64,000 nucleotides of DNA from assembly GCA_028716245.1 (NCBI GenBank), contig JAQUQW010000003.1:20638-84637 (forward strand), written 5' to 3'. The position numbers were made by a program, and so were the translations under genes. The notes below the pieces were generated by a model. That model saw nothing but the letters and a program-made list of their open reading frames with translations, was not told where the DNA came from and did no database searches. This DNA is from Candidatus Omnitrophota bacterium (GTDB lineage: Bacteria; Omnitrophota; Gorgyraeia; Gygaellales; Profunditerraquicolaceae). Shown here piece after piece: positions 54,827 through 64,000 of this stretch (the stretch's first letter is position 1; the number at the start of each line of letters is the position of its first letter).

Positions 54827-57800
54827 TTACCTTAAAGCAAGATTCTTGGAATTCATTTGGCTGCCCTGCCGGTTTAGATTTTCTTCCAGCACCAGTAACA
54901 GTCTTTTAATTTCCATCTGCGCCGGGATTACTAATTCTTCTTCCAGTTTGAGGATACCGGCGACGCAGGCCATTGCTTTATACAACTGCATACCGGAATC
55001 AGTATTTTTTACTGCCGTTTCCACATAATTTGTGACCGAAGGTATTGAGGGAAGGCTTCCGGATTCCAACATCTTTTCAATTTGCCCCCATTCCCCGTCT
55101 ATTTTTAGCAGATTATCATAGTTCAGGACAACTTTCATTGAAGAAAAATCTATGCCGCCGGCGCCGCCTCCCAATGATGGAATTACAACTCTCTGCGGGC
55201 TGGGGGATATTGTGCTGGATGATGAATGACCGCCGTCTAATCCACCTGTATACTTGCCTGAGCTAGGCAATCTCCCCCAGCCCGCAGAGTTGCCAGCATT
55301 CGAGTTATCAACTTGGACATTTCTGTATGCTAAAGTAAAAATTTCTTTGTTAGGCGGTTCGGTATAAAGGCTGCCTAATTGTTGTTTCAATACCGTATCC
55401 GCATCCGCGGTACCGTCTAAACGCGTATAAAATGAACTTTGGTGGGGTATAAGGGCCTCTATTTGGAGGGCTGCTAATTTACTGTGATACTCTGTATCAT
55501 CTTCAGGCCAAAACAAATTGAAGAGCCCCTTTAAAAAAATATCCTCTTTATTTTTTAAATTCAGGCCCTCCCGAAAACGGTGAATCCCCGCTCCTTCGTT
55601 ATTAGTAAGCATGACCAGAGGAACGAGAAAATGGGTAGTAAGATTGGGTTGAAAGCTATCTTTGGAATGCTCAGCCATATAATCCTTCATTTGCGAAAGA
55701 AACGACATAAAAGACTCATTGCGTTCTTTATCCCGAATGCTTACCAATATCTCTCCGCTGAATACGCGCATTTGCCGCTTTTCTTTATTGCGCCAGTCAA
55801 CAGAAAACGCAGGCAAATGCCTTGGCCCGGTCTTACTCCTCACGTCTTCTAAACTCAAATGTTTAAATATCTTGCGGATCCACCCATACGGTTTTGGCTT
55901 ACCGTTTCCGCCATTACCGTTATTTTCAACAATTAATGCCAGATCCTGCCTGGCCATTTGCTCTATATCAACCAATGACGTTGTTAATTCCATGTCAGGC
56001 ACTTCTTCCAATGATGAATTCAGATCACGGATCAAGCATTTATGCGTAACTTCTACCGCTGTTCCCCAACGGCCTTTTTGTTTTAAAGCCTGGGTTAGCT
56101 GATAACCATTAATCAGCGATAATTCCAAAGGAGTCAATGGCCGCCCCAGCGGCTCAAGCGCCGGAAGCGGCAAAAGCTGCAATGAACGCGCAATATCCTG
56201 TTCTCTTCCCAACAACACTATACTTCTCTTAAATTTCTGCGCTTCTAACATACCTTCGATAAACGCCGCGGCACTGCCTTTATTTTCGGCGGAAATAGCT
56301 AATAATGCGACATCTTTTCGCAATATCGTACCGCGCAAATTTTCAAGAAAATCCTGAATTATTTTAGGCTGTTCCGTGACAACAATGACTGCCTGCGCGC
56401 TGGCGCTGGCGCTAGAAACTTCTTTCGAAGCCGCTTCAAGAGACTGCTCATAAGCAAATTGCAATGCCTTGTTTCTTGAATCCCCTTCAATAAGGGGAAA
56501 AGTGTCTTTAAATTGCCGTTTTAACTTCTCAATTGTCTTATTATGTTCTTTATAAATCTGGTCGGCTTTACCTCTACCGGGAAACAGTAATACATACCAA
56601 CCCAAAAAAATAAGTGAAAGCCCTACCAATGGTTTCGCGTTCCATAAAGCATTCAAACTAAAATCAGGGGCGGACAAGAAATCTATAAAACCGGTATTGC
56701 CGCCAATCGGAAGGGCAGAAGCCACCAAGACCAAGCTGACCAGGGGGCCGAACATCTCTTTCCAAAAAACCCATCCTTTTCTTGCGCCCAGCCTTTTTCT
56801 CTTGCCTTCATAACAATTTTGGATCCATTCCCCCCACTTTTTAATAACCTGCTTATCGATACCGGCTTTTGCCGAGTAAAGGTTATCCAAGCTATTGCCT
56901 AAGGGAATGATTTTCTCCTTTAGTTGCTTCATAAGCTCCTTCTTGGAATAGTTGAATGTCTTATTAAACCCAAACGCATGCCCGACAATAAAAGAGATTG
57001 TTTTACGAAAAGGGGTGCTGCGGTCAAGCCGGTCACCGGATGAAAGAGGTATATTCTCTACCTCATTAAGAGCGCGCAGGCACTCATTAAAATATTCGGC
57101 AGTAACCAATATTTCAGAAGCGTAGATATTCAGGCGTTTTCGCTCCAACTCGTCTGTATTTACACACAGCCTATCCATAATCTCCTGGAGTTTCTTGCAC
57201 AAAGACTGCAAAGCTTCGTCGTAAATCTGATAATAGGCGACTCTTTTATCGGCAACGATATGCGACTCAAAAGGCAGTAGGTTTCTGAGCTTGCGCGTTT
57301 GTTCCAGAAACTCAAGACAGGCCCTATCGGTAAGGTCGGAAATACCGGCTCTTTTTTTTACTTCATTCAAAGCCGCCTCTACTACAGCGTCCCATGAAGG
57401 CTCCACCCAACCCGTATTGTTTTCTATATCCGGACCACCCTCAGGAAAATCAACCGGCCTTTCCTTTTTAGTATTAATCCCCGGCAGCATACCTATAACT
57501 GCCGCGCCCAAAAGCGCGAAGGCCTCCATCGCGTAAGGAGAAACCGCCAGTTGCAAATTAAAATATTTATCTAAACCCGTAAGGCTGATAGCCAGCGGCA
57601 CTATTCCAAAAAGCGTAAATCCCGAAAGTATTGAAAAAATGGGGGCAAGCCCGGTTTTTGCGCAAAGCGCGGGTGATTTTGATAATCCGAACAAGGCGTT
57701 AAAGGCAATAAAAGAAAGCGAGATAATCTGGAAATACTCATTTAAACTTGGCAGGGGATAGCCGACAAACTTCTCCATTAAGGAGTGTCCAAATACCCCA

Positions 57801-59215
57801 TAGTTATAAAACATACTCCCGGCGTCAACAAAAAATCCAAAAATAAATAAAGCGCCAAGCAATAGCTCCGCGGCAATTAAATAAGCGGGATTATTTAATT
57901 CTACTGCGCTTAGTTTTTCTTTTACTTTTTTCAATACCTGGCTTCCACCGTCATTCATCGCCTGCGCGCTGCTGATAGCAAAAGCAGGAGCAACTGGCGC
58001 AGCATTACGAACTGAACTTGCCGCGGATTGAACAATAACATTACCCAGCGGATCCTTTAGATCAAATTTTGCAGTTGCGCTGATTAACCCTGGGGCAAGA
58101 ACCCGGCCAGGGGACAAAATGCCTTCTATTTCTCTTCCGCCTATTAAAGTCATGCCTCCATTGCTGGTAATCATCCCCGCAGAAGCAAAAGGCGGAATTT
58201 TTAATGCCAGAGTTACCCCTCCACAAGAATAGCTGGTTACCATTTCTCCAAAAACTAAAGGTTCTCTTTCGTCAAGACGGTAATCCCCTCTTTGTACTGA
58301 TTCCTGGTATTGCGCAAAATAATCCTCCTTGGACCAGGGATGTTTAGAATTAAGGCCGGATAAAATTTTGCTGTCGATGAACCTGGGCGCCGGGCCGTTA
58401 CGCTGCAGGAACCTATCTTTAAACCACTGAGCTAAAATAAAAGAGTAATAAACCTGCCTTAAAGCGGCAAACTCTTTGCCGGTATTTACCTCCTTGATAA
58501 GCTTAGGTAAAATTAAATTTTTTATAAGTTCTGAGGCATAATCGTTAAAAGCCTGCACCCGTTTATCTTCAGAGGCCGGGGAATTTCCAAAATAATCTTC
58601 CTCCGTAAGCACATTCAAGTTGGCTTTATATATATAGGCGCTGTTTTGAGTTTCTCTGACGATTATCTCACCCGGATTAATCCATACGCGGGTAAAAGTT
58701 GAAGGAGCCAACGCCAGGCAGCCAAAAAGCTCTTCGGCTTTTTTCCTGATTTGAAGACGGTATTCTTTTCCCTGCCGGGCAGACATAGTGAACCGGGCAA
58801 ACTCCTTCTTTAACTGCAAGTCGGCTTCTAAGAAAATCTTGCCCACATCAGTTTCAGCCAGTAGATCATCGATAATATTGCCCGGGGAATCCGGCCGCAG
58901 ATTTACCCAGAAACTTTCGCTCGGTAAAGTTATTCCTACCAAAAAATAATTTAAAGGGCCGCTGATTGAATCCTTTAAAGCAGGATCGTCAGCATCTTCC
59001 AAATCACCCTTATCAAATAAAAATTTAAATTTATTGATGTTTTCGGCGTATGCAACATAGCGAAGGCGCGCTTGATTAAAAGCGCCGTTTAGATGGGCAG
59101 GGGCAAAAAAACCTAAAAAATTTCCTTCCGCCACAGATTGGGCAAAACCACTCTGTTCAAAAAGAAGCGTAAAACACAATAGGCAGGCTATGATCCTACG
59201 TAACATTCTAAACAT
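54827..59215 (-). CDS. large (1462 aa) secreted/membrane protein of unknown function
   Basis: N-terminal signal peptide (MFRMLRRIIACLLCFTLLFEQSGFA), central cluster of 4-6 TM helices (~aa 440-570), another hydrophobic pair ~aa 820-870; no motif I can assign. Confidence 0.5.
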   Translation of the reverse strand: MFRMLRRIIACLLCFTLLFEQSGFAQSVAEGNFLGFFAPAHLNGAFNQARLRYVAYAENINKFKFLFDKGDLEDADDPALKDSISGPLNYFLVGITLPSESFWVNLRPDSPGNIIDDLLAETDVGKIFLEADLQLKKEFARFTMSARQGKEYRLQIRKKAEELFGCLALAPSTFTRVWINPGEIIVRETQNSAYIYKANLNVLTEEDYFGNSPASEDKRVQAFNDYASELIKNLILPKLIKEVNTGKEFAALRQVYYSFILAQWFKDRFLQRNGPAPRFIDSKILSGLNSKHPWSKEDYFAQYQESVQRGDYRLDEREPLVFGEMVTSYSCGGVTLALKIPPFASAGMITSNGGMTLIGGREIEGILSPGRVLAPGLISATAKFDLKDPLGNVIVQSAASSVRNAAPVAPAFAISSAQAMNDGGSQVLKKVKEKLSAVELNNPAYLIAAELLLGALFIFGFFVDAGSMFYNYGVFGHSLMEKFVGYPLPSLNEYFQIISLSFIAFNALFGLSKSPALCAKTGLAPIFSILSGFTLFGIVPLAISLTGLDKYFNLQLAVSPYAMEAFALLGAAVIGMLPGINTKKERPVDFPEGGPDIENNTGWVEPSWDAVVEAALNEVKKRAGISDLTDRACLEFLEQTRKLRNLLPFESHIVADKRVAYYQIYDEALQSLCKKLQEIMDRLCVNTDELERKRLNIYASEILVTAEYFNECLRALNEVENIPLSSGDRLDRSTPFRKTISFIVGHAFGFNKTFNYSKKELMKQLKEKIIPLGNSLDNLYSAKAGIDKQVIKKWGEWIQNCYEGKRKRLGARKGWVFWKEMFGPLVSLVLVASALPIGGNTGFIDFLSAPDFSLNALWNAKPLVGLSLIFLGWYVLLFPGRGKADQIYKEHNKTIEKLKRQFKDTFPLIEGDSRNKALQFAYEQSLEAASKEVSSASASAQAVIVVTEQPKIIQDFLENLRGTILRKDVALLAISAENKGSAAAFIEGMLEAQKFKRSIVLLGREQDIARSLQLLPLPALEPLGRPLTPLELSLINGYQLTQALKQKGRWGTAVEVTHKCLIRDLNSSLEEVPDMELTTSLVDIEQMARQDLALIVENNGNGGNGKPKPYGWIRKIFKHLSLEDVRSKTGPRHLPAFSVDWRNKEKRQMRVFSGEILVSIRDKERNESFMSFLSQMKDYMAEHSKDSFQPNLTTHFLVPLVMLTNNEGAGIHRFREGLNLKNKEDIFLKGLFNLFWPEDDTEYHSKLAALQIEALIPHQSSFYTRLDGTADADTVLKQQLGSLYTEPPNKEIFTLAYRNVQVDNSNAGNSAGWGRLPSSGKYTGGLDGGHSSSSTISPSPQRVVIPSLGGGAGGIDFSSMKVVLNYDNLLKIDGEWGQIEKMLESGSLPSIPSVTNYVETAVKNTDSGMQLYKAMACVAGILKLEEELVIPAQMEIKRLLLVLEENLNRQGSQMNSKNLALR

Positions 59216-59232
59216 GTTGAAGAATTAAATGT

Positions 59233-59886
59233 TTAGCTTTGTCCATGATAAGCCCTGGTTAGAAGCTCCCGGGCCTCTGTATCAAGCGGTTGTAATTTTA
59301 AAACAGCGGACAAATAGGCGATTGATTTTTTATATTCCCCCAAGGAAAAATAAGCGGAACCAAGATTATAATTTAGATCCGGGTCTTTAGGGTTAATTTC
59401 CCATGCCTTTTCCAAAGATGTTATGGCTGAATTATATTCCCCGTTAATCATATGCAATGACCCTTGAAATAAATAGATGGCATACTCTTTACTAATTGAG
59501 CCCTTCTCTGCAGCATCAAGGATATTAAGTCCTCCATTTATGTCATTGAGCTGCTTTTGAAATTCCTGTCTAGCTTGGCCGAAGTTCCCTGCCGAAGCCA
59601 ATTCTATTGCGTTCTTAAAAGATGGCATTGGATCTTGGACTGCTTTTTCTTTTTGCGCAATTACCGCAAGTTCAGGCGCATTTTGCGCCTCTATATTTTT
59701 AATATATTTATTTTCGTAATAAATCTCTTGCCCGTCATACTTAACTTTAATATAATCCTTGGCTCTTTCGACAATTTCACCGTCAATAACTTTGCCGGAT
59801 TTAAGGGTAACTACTTGAGCCCGGGCATAGCGCGACGATACCAGGATAAATATTATGGATAAAATAGCACCTCTTATTTTTAACAT
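59233..59886 (-). CDS. TPR-repeat protein with signal peptide
   Basis: 217 aa; signal peptide; C-terminal TPR-like helices (EYNSAITSLEKAWEINPKDPDLNYNLGSAYFSLGEYKKSIAYL). Confidence 0.6.
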   Translation of the reverse strand: MLKIRGAILSIIFILVSSRYARAQVVTLKSGKVIDGEIVERAKDYIKVKYDGQEIYYENKYIKNIEAQNAPELAVIAQKEKAVQDPMPSFKNAIELASAGNFGQARQEFQKQLNDINGGLNILDAAEKGSISKEYAIYLFQGSLHMINGEYNSAITSLEKAWEINPKDPDLNYNLGSAYFSLGEYKKSIAYLSAVLKLQPLDTEARELLTRAYHGQS

Positions 59887-60089
59887 TCTTGATTCCCTCG
59901 TGATATTTTAAGGGAAAAACCTCTTTTACGAGGCTTTTCCCTTCCGTGGCTTTTAACTTATTGATACATAAAAAATATACAATAAATCTGTTAACTAATC
60001 ATTAAGGGAGGGTAAATTCCTTGTAAACTTTTGCTGTCAATCGGGATTAACAATCAAACAGGTTAGATCCTAATCAGAGAATTGACTTG

Positions 60090-60545
60090 TTATTCTAGTG
60101 GTTTTAGATCAAAGGCGGGTAGTAATAGCCATTCCATAATCCGGAGTTTAATCTTATCTCTAACCTGGCGGGTTTTCTCCATTATCTCATCCTGGCTCCC
60201 CTGAAAGCTTGAAGGATCATCAAAACCCCAATGCATTCTTTGCGTGACTGCTGTGCCGGGAAAAATAGGGCACTTTTGTGCCTGCGATTCGACGCACACA
60301 GTCACAACGTAATCATATTTTTTACCTTGCTTGAAAAAATCAAATACACTCTTGGTCTTATTCTGTGAAATATCAATACCTGCCTCTTTCATCACCTCAA
60401 CAACTGTAGGATTTAACTTGCCTGGCTCCAGGCCCGCGCTTTCTACCTCAAATCTATCACCTGCCATCTGTTTTAAAAACGCTTCGGCCATTTGCGAACG
60501 GGCCGAATTATGCACGCAAACAAATAAAACTTTCTTTTTATCCAT
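60090..60545 (-). CDS. low-molecular-weight phosphotyrosine phosphatase / ArsC-like (LMWPc family)
   Basis: VLFVCVHNSARSQMAEA CX5R P-loop at N-terminus. Confidence 0.7.
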   Translation of the reverse strand: MDKKKVLFVCVHNSARSQMAEAFLKQMAGDRFEVESAGLEPGKLNPTVVEVMKEAGIDISQNKTKSVFDFFKQGKKYDYVVTVCVESQAQKCPIFPGTAVTQRMHWGFDDPSSFQGSQDEIMEKTRQVRDKIKLRIMEWLLLPAFDLKPLE

Positions 60546-60601
60546 TAAAATACCCCCTTTTAAATATAACGCGACATTATAATATTGCGGCAGCTTTTAG
60601 A

Positions 60602-61279
60602 TCAGCTGTTTTCATCTAATTTTTCCAGATGGTGTTTTACTACTTTTGCTTCAACCATATAGATTACATCTTCGGCAATATTGGTGGCATGGTCGCAGAT
60701 ACGCTCAAGGTGGCGGGCAACCAAAAGCAGGGGGATAGCGCGCGGGATGGTGGATTTATTTTTGGATATATAGTCATTAAGCAATTCCTGCTGGACCAGA
60801 TTGCGCAGGTTATCGGCTTGGCTGTCGCTTAATATTACGCTCCTGGCTAATTCCGCGTCTTTATTAACAAATGCGCTTATAGAATTACGGGTCATTTCCT
60901 GGGCCAGGAGTGTTAACTTCGGAATATCTACCAGAGGCTTAAGCAGCGGCTTATCCGCCAACTCCAGCACCCGCTGGGATATATCTACAGCTAAATCCGC
61001 CATTCTTTCCAAATCAGTAGAGATCTTCATCGCCATGGTAATAAAACGCAGGTCTACTGCCATCGGCTGCCTTAAAGCCAAAAGATCCAGGCATTTTTCA
61101 TCAATCTTTAACTCCTGCTCATCGGTAAACTGGTCTTCATGAATGACCTTTTGAGCCTTATCTCTACTTAACTGCTTTAATGCCTCAACTGAATCGATAA
61201 TCGCCTCCTCTACTAAATCGCCCATCCGGAGTATGTTACCTTTTAAATCCGCCAACTCTGCGTCAAAATGCCTTTCCAT
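60602..61279 (-). CDS. phoU: PhoU (second copy)
   Basis: 225 aa, paralog of 49606..50274. Confidence 0.85.
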   Translation of the reverse strand: MERHFDAELADLKGNILRMGDLVEEAIIDSVEALKQLSRDKAQKVIHEDQFTDEQELKIDEKCLDLLALRQPMAVDLRFITMAMKISTDLERMADLAVDISQRVLELADKPLLKPLVDIPKLTLLAQEMTRNSISAFVNKDAELARSVILSDSQADNLRNLVQQELLNDYISKNKSTIPRAIPLLLVARHLERICDHATNIAEDVIYMVEAKVVKHHLEKLDENS

Positions 61280-61311
61280 AATCAGGCCTCTCTAATAAAA
61301 AGTTTTTTCAT

Positions 61312-62070
61312 TTAACCAAACCTCCCAGTTATATAAGCCTCGGTTTTCTTATCTTTGGGGGCAGTGAATATATCCTGCGTTTTGCCAAACTCTATTAATT
61401 CCCCTAAAAGAAAAAAACCGGTATAATCGGATACGCGGGCTGCCTGCTGCATATTATGAGTAACGATTATCATGGTATAATCTTGTTTTAATTTGAATAT
61501 CAACTCTTCGATTTTCCCGGTAGAAATAGGATCCAGGGCAGAACAGGGTTCATCGAACAAAATTACTTCCGGCTTAACTGCCAATGCCCTGGCAATACAT
61601 AACCGCTGCTGCTGGCCTCCGGAAAGGCTGACGCCCGAAGAATTGAGTTTATCTTTTACTTCATCCCATAAAGCAGCCATTTTAAGAGATTGCTCAACTA
61701 TTAAATCAAGGCGGCCTTTCTTCATTAAGCCATTTAATTTTAAGCCCGCGGCTACATTGTCATAAATAGAGAGCACGGGAAAGGGATTAGGTTTCTGAAA
61801 TACCATACCAATCTTCCGCCTTATTTCAATGGGGTCGATATCAGCCGAATAGATATCTTTACCGTCTAATAAAACCTTGCCGGATACTTTTGTATTCGGC
61901 ACAACCTCGTGCATCCTGTTTATACAGCGTATAAACGTGGACTTGCCGCAACCTGAAGGGCCGATGATAGCGGTAACCATTTTTTCTCTAATCGAAATGT
62001 TGATATCCTTTAATGCCTGGATATTGCCAAAATATGCGTTCAAATTTGAAACCCCGATTGTTTCTTCCAT
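61312..62070 (-). CDS. pstB: phosphate ABC transporter ATP-binding protein (second operon)
   Basis: [34 protein letters not shown]. Confidence 0.9.
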   Translation of the reverse strand: MEETIGVSNLNAYFGNIQALKDINISIREKMVTAIIGPSGCGKSTFIRCINRMHEVVPNTKVSGKVLLDGKDIYSADIDPIEIRRKIGMVFQKPNPFPVLSIYDNVAAGLKLNGLMKKGRLDLIVEQSLKMAALWDEVKDKLNSSGVSLSGGQQQRLCIARALAVKPEVILFDEPCSALDPISTGKIEELIFKLKQDYTMIIVTHNMQQAARVSDYTGFFLLGELIEFGKTQDIFTAPKDKKTEAYITGRFG

Positions 62071-62081
62071 ATTCCTTCCTT

Positions 62082-62126
62082 GCCCACAAGGGCATACTGG
62101 CGCAATTCAAATAAGCGCCAGGTATT
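62082..62126 (-). repeat. GC-rich hairpin element copy 5 (stem with compensatory substitutions) in pstA-pstB intergenic region
   Basis: gcccacaagggcatactggcgcaattcaaataagcgccaggtatt: stem CATACTGGCGC/GCGCCAGGTAT versus CACACCCGCGC/GCGCGGGGTGT in other copies. Confidence 0.6.
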
Positions 62127-62976
62127 ATCTTGACGTTGGGAATTTATACCGCAATCTAATTACAAACCGGCTGATGAAACTCATTAAAAAAACTATGACA
62201 ATTAAGACAAAAGCGCCTGCCCAAGCCTGCCTGTGCCAATCATCAAAAGGAGAAATCGCGTAGGCGAATATTTGAAGAGGTAAAGCGGCTATGGGCTGCT
62301 GCAGGCTCTGATGCCAGAACCTATTGCCAAAGGCGGTAAAAAGAAGCGGGGCTGTTTCTCCGGCAATGCGCGCTATTGCCAGCAGAATACCGGTCAGTAT
62401 CCCCGGTAACGCGGTTTTTAACACAATGCTAATTATCATCCTGAACTGGTTGATGCCTAAGGCTAACGCGCCCTCGCGTAAATTACGGGGCACCATCCTG
62501 AGCATCTCTTCGGTTGTGCGCATTACTGTTGGCAACATAATTATCCCCAAAGCGAAAGCGCCGCTTACCGCTGAGAAGCTTTTCATTGGCAGGACGAATA
62601 AAGTATAGGCGAATATCCCGATTACAATAGAGGGAATCCCGTTTAAAACATCCACGGTAAACCTGATCGTTGTGCCTAATTTATTCTTGCCGAATTCAGA
62701 AAGATATACCCCGCCCAATACTCCTATAGGTATTGCCCATAGACAGGAAAGACCCATTAAAATCAGGCTTCCCACTATAGCATTACCCATACCTCCGCCG
62801 GGTTCTCCCACAGGTTTGGGCAGATGAATAAAAAAGTTAAGATTTACGCTGGTAATCCCTTTTGAGACGACATAACCCAAAATACTAATCAAAGGCACTA
62901 AGGTCAAAATTGAGCACAGAAACGCGGCCAGGCACATTAATTTGTCGGTAATCTTTCTTTTTTTGTAGCTGTTCAT
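62125..62976 (-). CDS. pstA: phosphate ABC transporter permease PstA (second operon)
   Basis: 283 aa, 6 TM. Confidence 0.85.
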   Translation of the reverse strand: MNSYKKRKITDKLMCLAAFLCSILTLVPLISILGYVVSKGITSVNLNFFIHLPKPVGEPGGGMGNAIVGSLILMGLSCLWAIPIGVLGGVYLSEFGKNKLGTTIRFTVDVLNGIPSIVIGIFAYTLFVLPMKSFSAVSGAFALGIIMLPTVMRTTEEMLRMVPRNLREGALALGINQFRMIISIVLKTALPGILTGILLAIARIAGETAPLLFTAFGNRFWHQSLQQPIAALPLQIFAYAISPFDDWHRQAWAGAFVLIVIVFLMSFISRFVIRLRYKFPTSR

Positions 62977-63899
62977 TCTTTTATCTCGCCTTTTAGCTTA
63001 CCCGAAACCTGCCAAATAAGCACCCTGGCTGCGATATTAAGAAGTAAGGTAACAAAAAATAATACCAGACCTATTTCAATAAGGGCTGAAAGATATAGAT
63101 TGCTGGTTGCTTCGCTAAATTCATTAGCGATAACCGATGCCATAGTATATGCGGGGGCAAATAGAGAAGCGGAAATCTCCGGCCTGTTACCTATAACCAT
63201 GGTAACCGCCATTGTTTCGCCCAATGCCCTTCCTAAGCCTAATATTACTGCGCCTAATATCCCTGGCCGGGTATATTTCAATACCCCAAGCCTTATGGTT
63301 TCCCAACGCGTTGCTCCTAAGGCTAACGCGGCTTCCCGCTGGGTAGAGGGTACCGCCAGGAAAACCTCCCTTGATACAGAAGAAATTGTAGGAATAATCA
63401 TTATACTCAAGATAATACCCGCGGTCAGCATTCCTACGCCATAGAATTGGCCTTGAAATATCGGCAAGAAACCAAAATATTTGGCTAAAAATGGCTGCAC
63501 ATCTTGCCTTAAAAATGGCGCTAAGACAAATATTCCCCATAAACCATATACTACACTGGGAATTGCGGCTAATAGCTCAATTAAGAAACTTAGGGGTTCT
63601 CTTATCCAGGCAGGCGCCAATTCCGCCAGGTAAATAGCTACCCCTAATGAAACCGGCACAGCAATTAACAAAGCTAATAATGATGAAATAATCGTGCCAT
63701 AGATAAAAGGCAGCGCCCCAAAGACTTCTTTAACCGGGTCCCAGGTGCTGGTGAACAAAAAACGCAACCCAAACTTCTGGATAGCCGGCAGAGCATGCGC
63801 TGCCATGCTAAACGCTAAAAGTATGGTTAAGGCGGCTACGCATAAGGCCAATAGCGTAACCGCCTCTTTAAACCCCAGGTCAACAAATTTTATTTTCAT
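62973..63899 (-). CDS. pstC: phosphate ABC transporter permease PstC (second operon)
   Basis: 308 aa, 6 TM. Confidence 0.85.
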   Translation of the reverse strand: MKIKFVDLGFKEAVTLLALCVAALTILLAFSMAAHALPAIQKFGLRFLFTSTWDPVKEVFGALPFIYGTIISSLLALLIAVPVSLGVAIYLAELAPAWIREPLSFLIELLAAIPSVVYGLWGIFVLAPFLRQDVQPFLAKYFGFLPIFQGQFYGVGMLTAGIILSIMIIPTISSVSREVFLAVPSTQREAALALGATRWETIRLGVLKYTRPGILGAVILGLGRALGETMAVTMVIGNRPEISASLFAPAYTMASVIANEFSEATSNLYLSALIEIGLVLFFVTLLLNIAARVLIWQVSGKLKGEIKE

Positions 63900-63926
63900 T
63901 ACCTATTATTCACTACCCCTATTGCG

Positions 63927-64000
63927 CTTAATAGCTTATCTGCTTTATTTTTTCTTCAATCTGCTTGACCAAGCTTTCCGGTAAAGGAGCGTATAGTAAA
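63927..64000 (-). CDS. 3' end of an upstream gene running off the window (possibly a phosphate-binding protein; not assignable)
   Basis: Own translation of minus strand gives an open frame ending ...LLYAPLPESLVKQIEEKIKQISY-stop at ~63927; only ~24 codons visible. Confidence 0.2.

Overview
Low-GC (~40%) bacterial chromosomal segment, anaerobe-like; almost every gene is on the minus strand. Four blocks in coordinate order. (1) 1..9935: an accessory RiPP-like biosynthetic gene cluster. It holds an HPr-kinase-like serine kinase (partial, runs off the window start), two radical-SAM/SPASM enzymes, a 74-aa cationic Gly/aromatic/Cys-rich precursor peptide ending in Ser, a PqqD-type recognition protein, an arginase-fold+TPR protein, an S26 signal-peptidase-like protease, a PF14907-type nucleotidyltransferase (the only plus-strand gene), a transglutaminase-like membrane protease, a TagA-like glycosyltransferase and an ABC exporter. 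To my knowledge this combination matches no described RiPP class; it is my top candidate for the undescribed system. (2) 9939..29617: F-type ATP synthase operon (atpZ-BEFHAGDC), exbBD, hypA, a six-gene Ech-type group-4 [NiFe] hydrogenase (echABCDEF, with EchC fused to a GNAT domain), gltBD with a Fis-type HTH gene. echA appears translationally coupled to gltD. (3) 29765..49376: nitrogen-assimilation island. GSIII glnN, two amt-glnK pairs, two further P-II proteins, an APC transporter carrying a C-terminal P-II domain, an EIIA(Ntr)-fused P-type ATPase behind a terminator/antiterminator leader, an ECF sigma factor, two paralogous 59-aa HTH proteins, nadE, GAF-ANTAR, an aminotransferase and lrp/asnC. 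(4) 49606..64000: two phosphate ABC transporter operons (pstSCABB-phoU and pstCAB-phoU-arsC-like) flanking a 1462-aa secreted/membrane protein of unknown function. Recurrent non-coding signals: a ~45-nt GC-rich hairpin element in 5 copies with compensatory covariation abutting Shine-Dalgarno sites; a conserved ~45-nt promoter-region motif in 4 copies; several strong intergenic hairpins/terminators; a 24-bp perfect palindrome with flanking direct repeats. No tRNA, rRNA, CRISPR or transposase seen.
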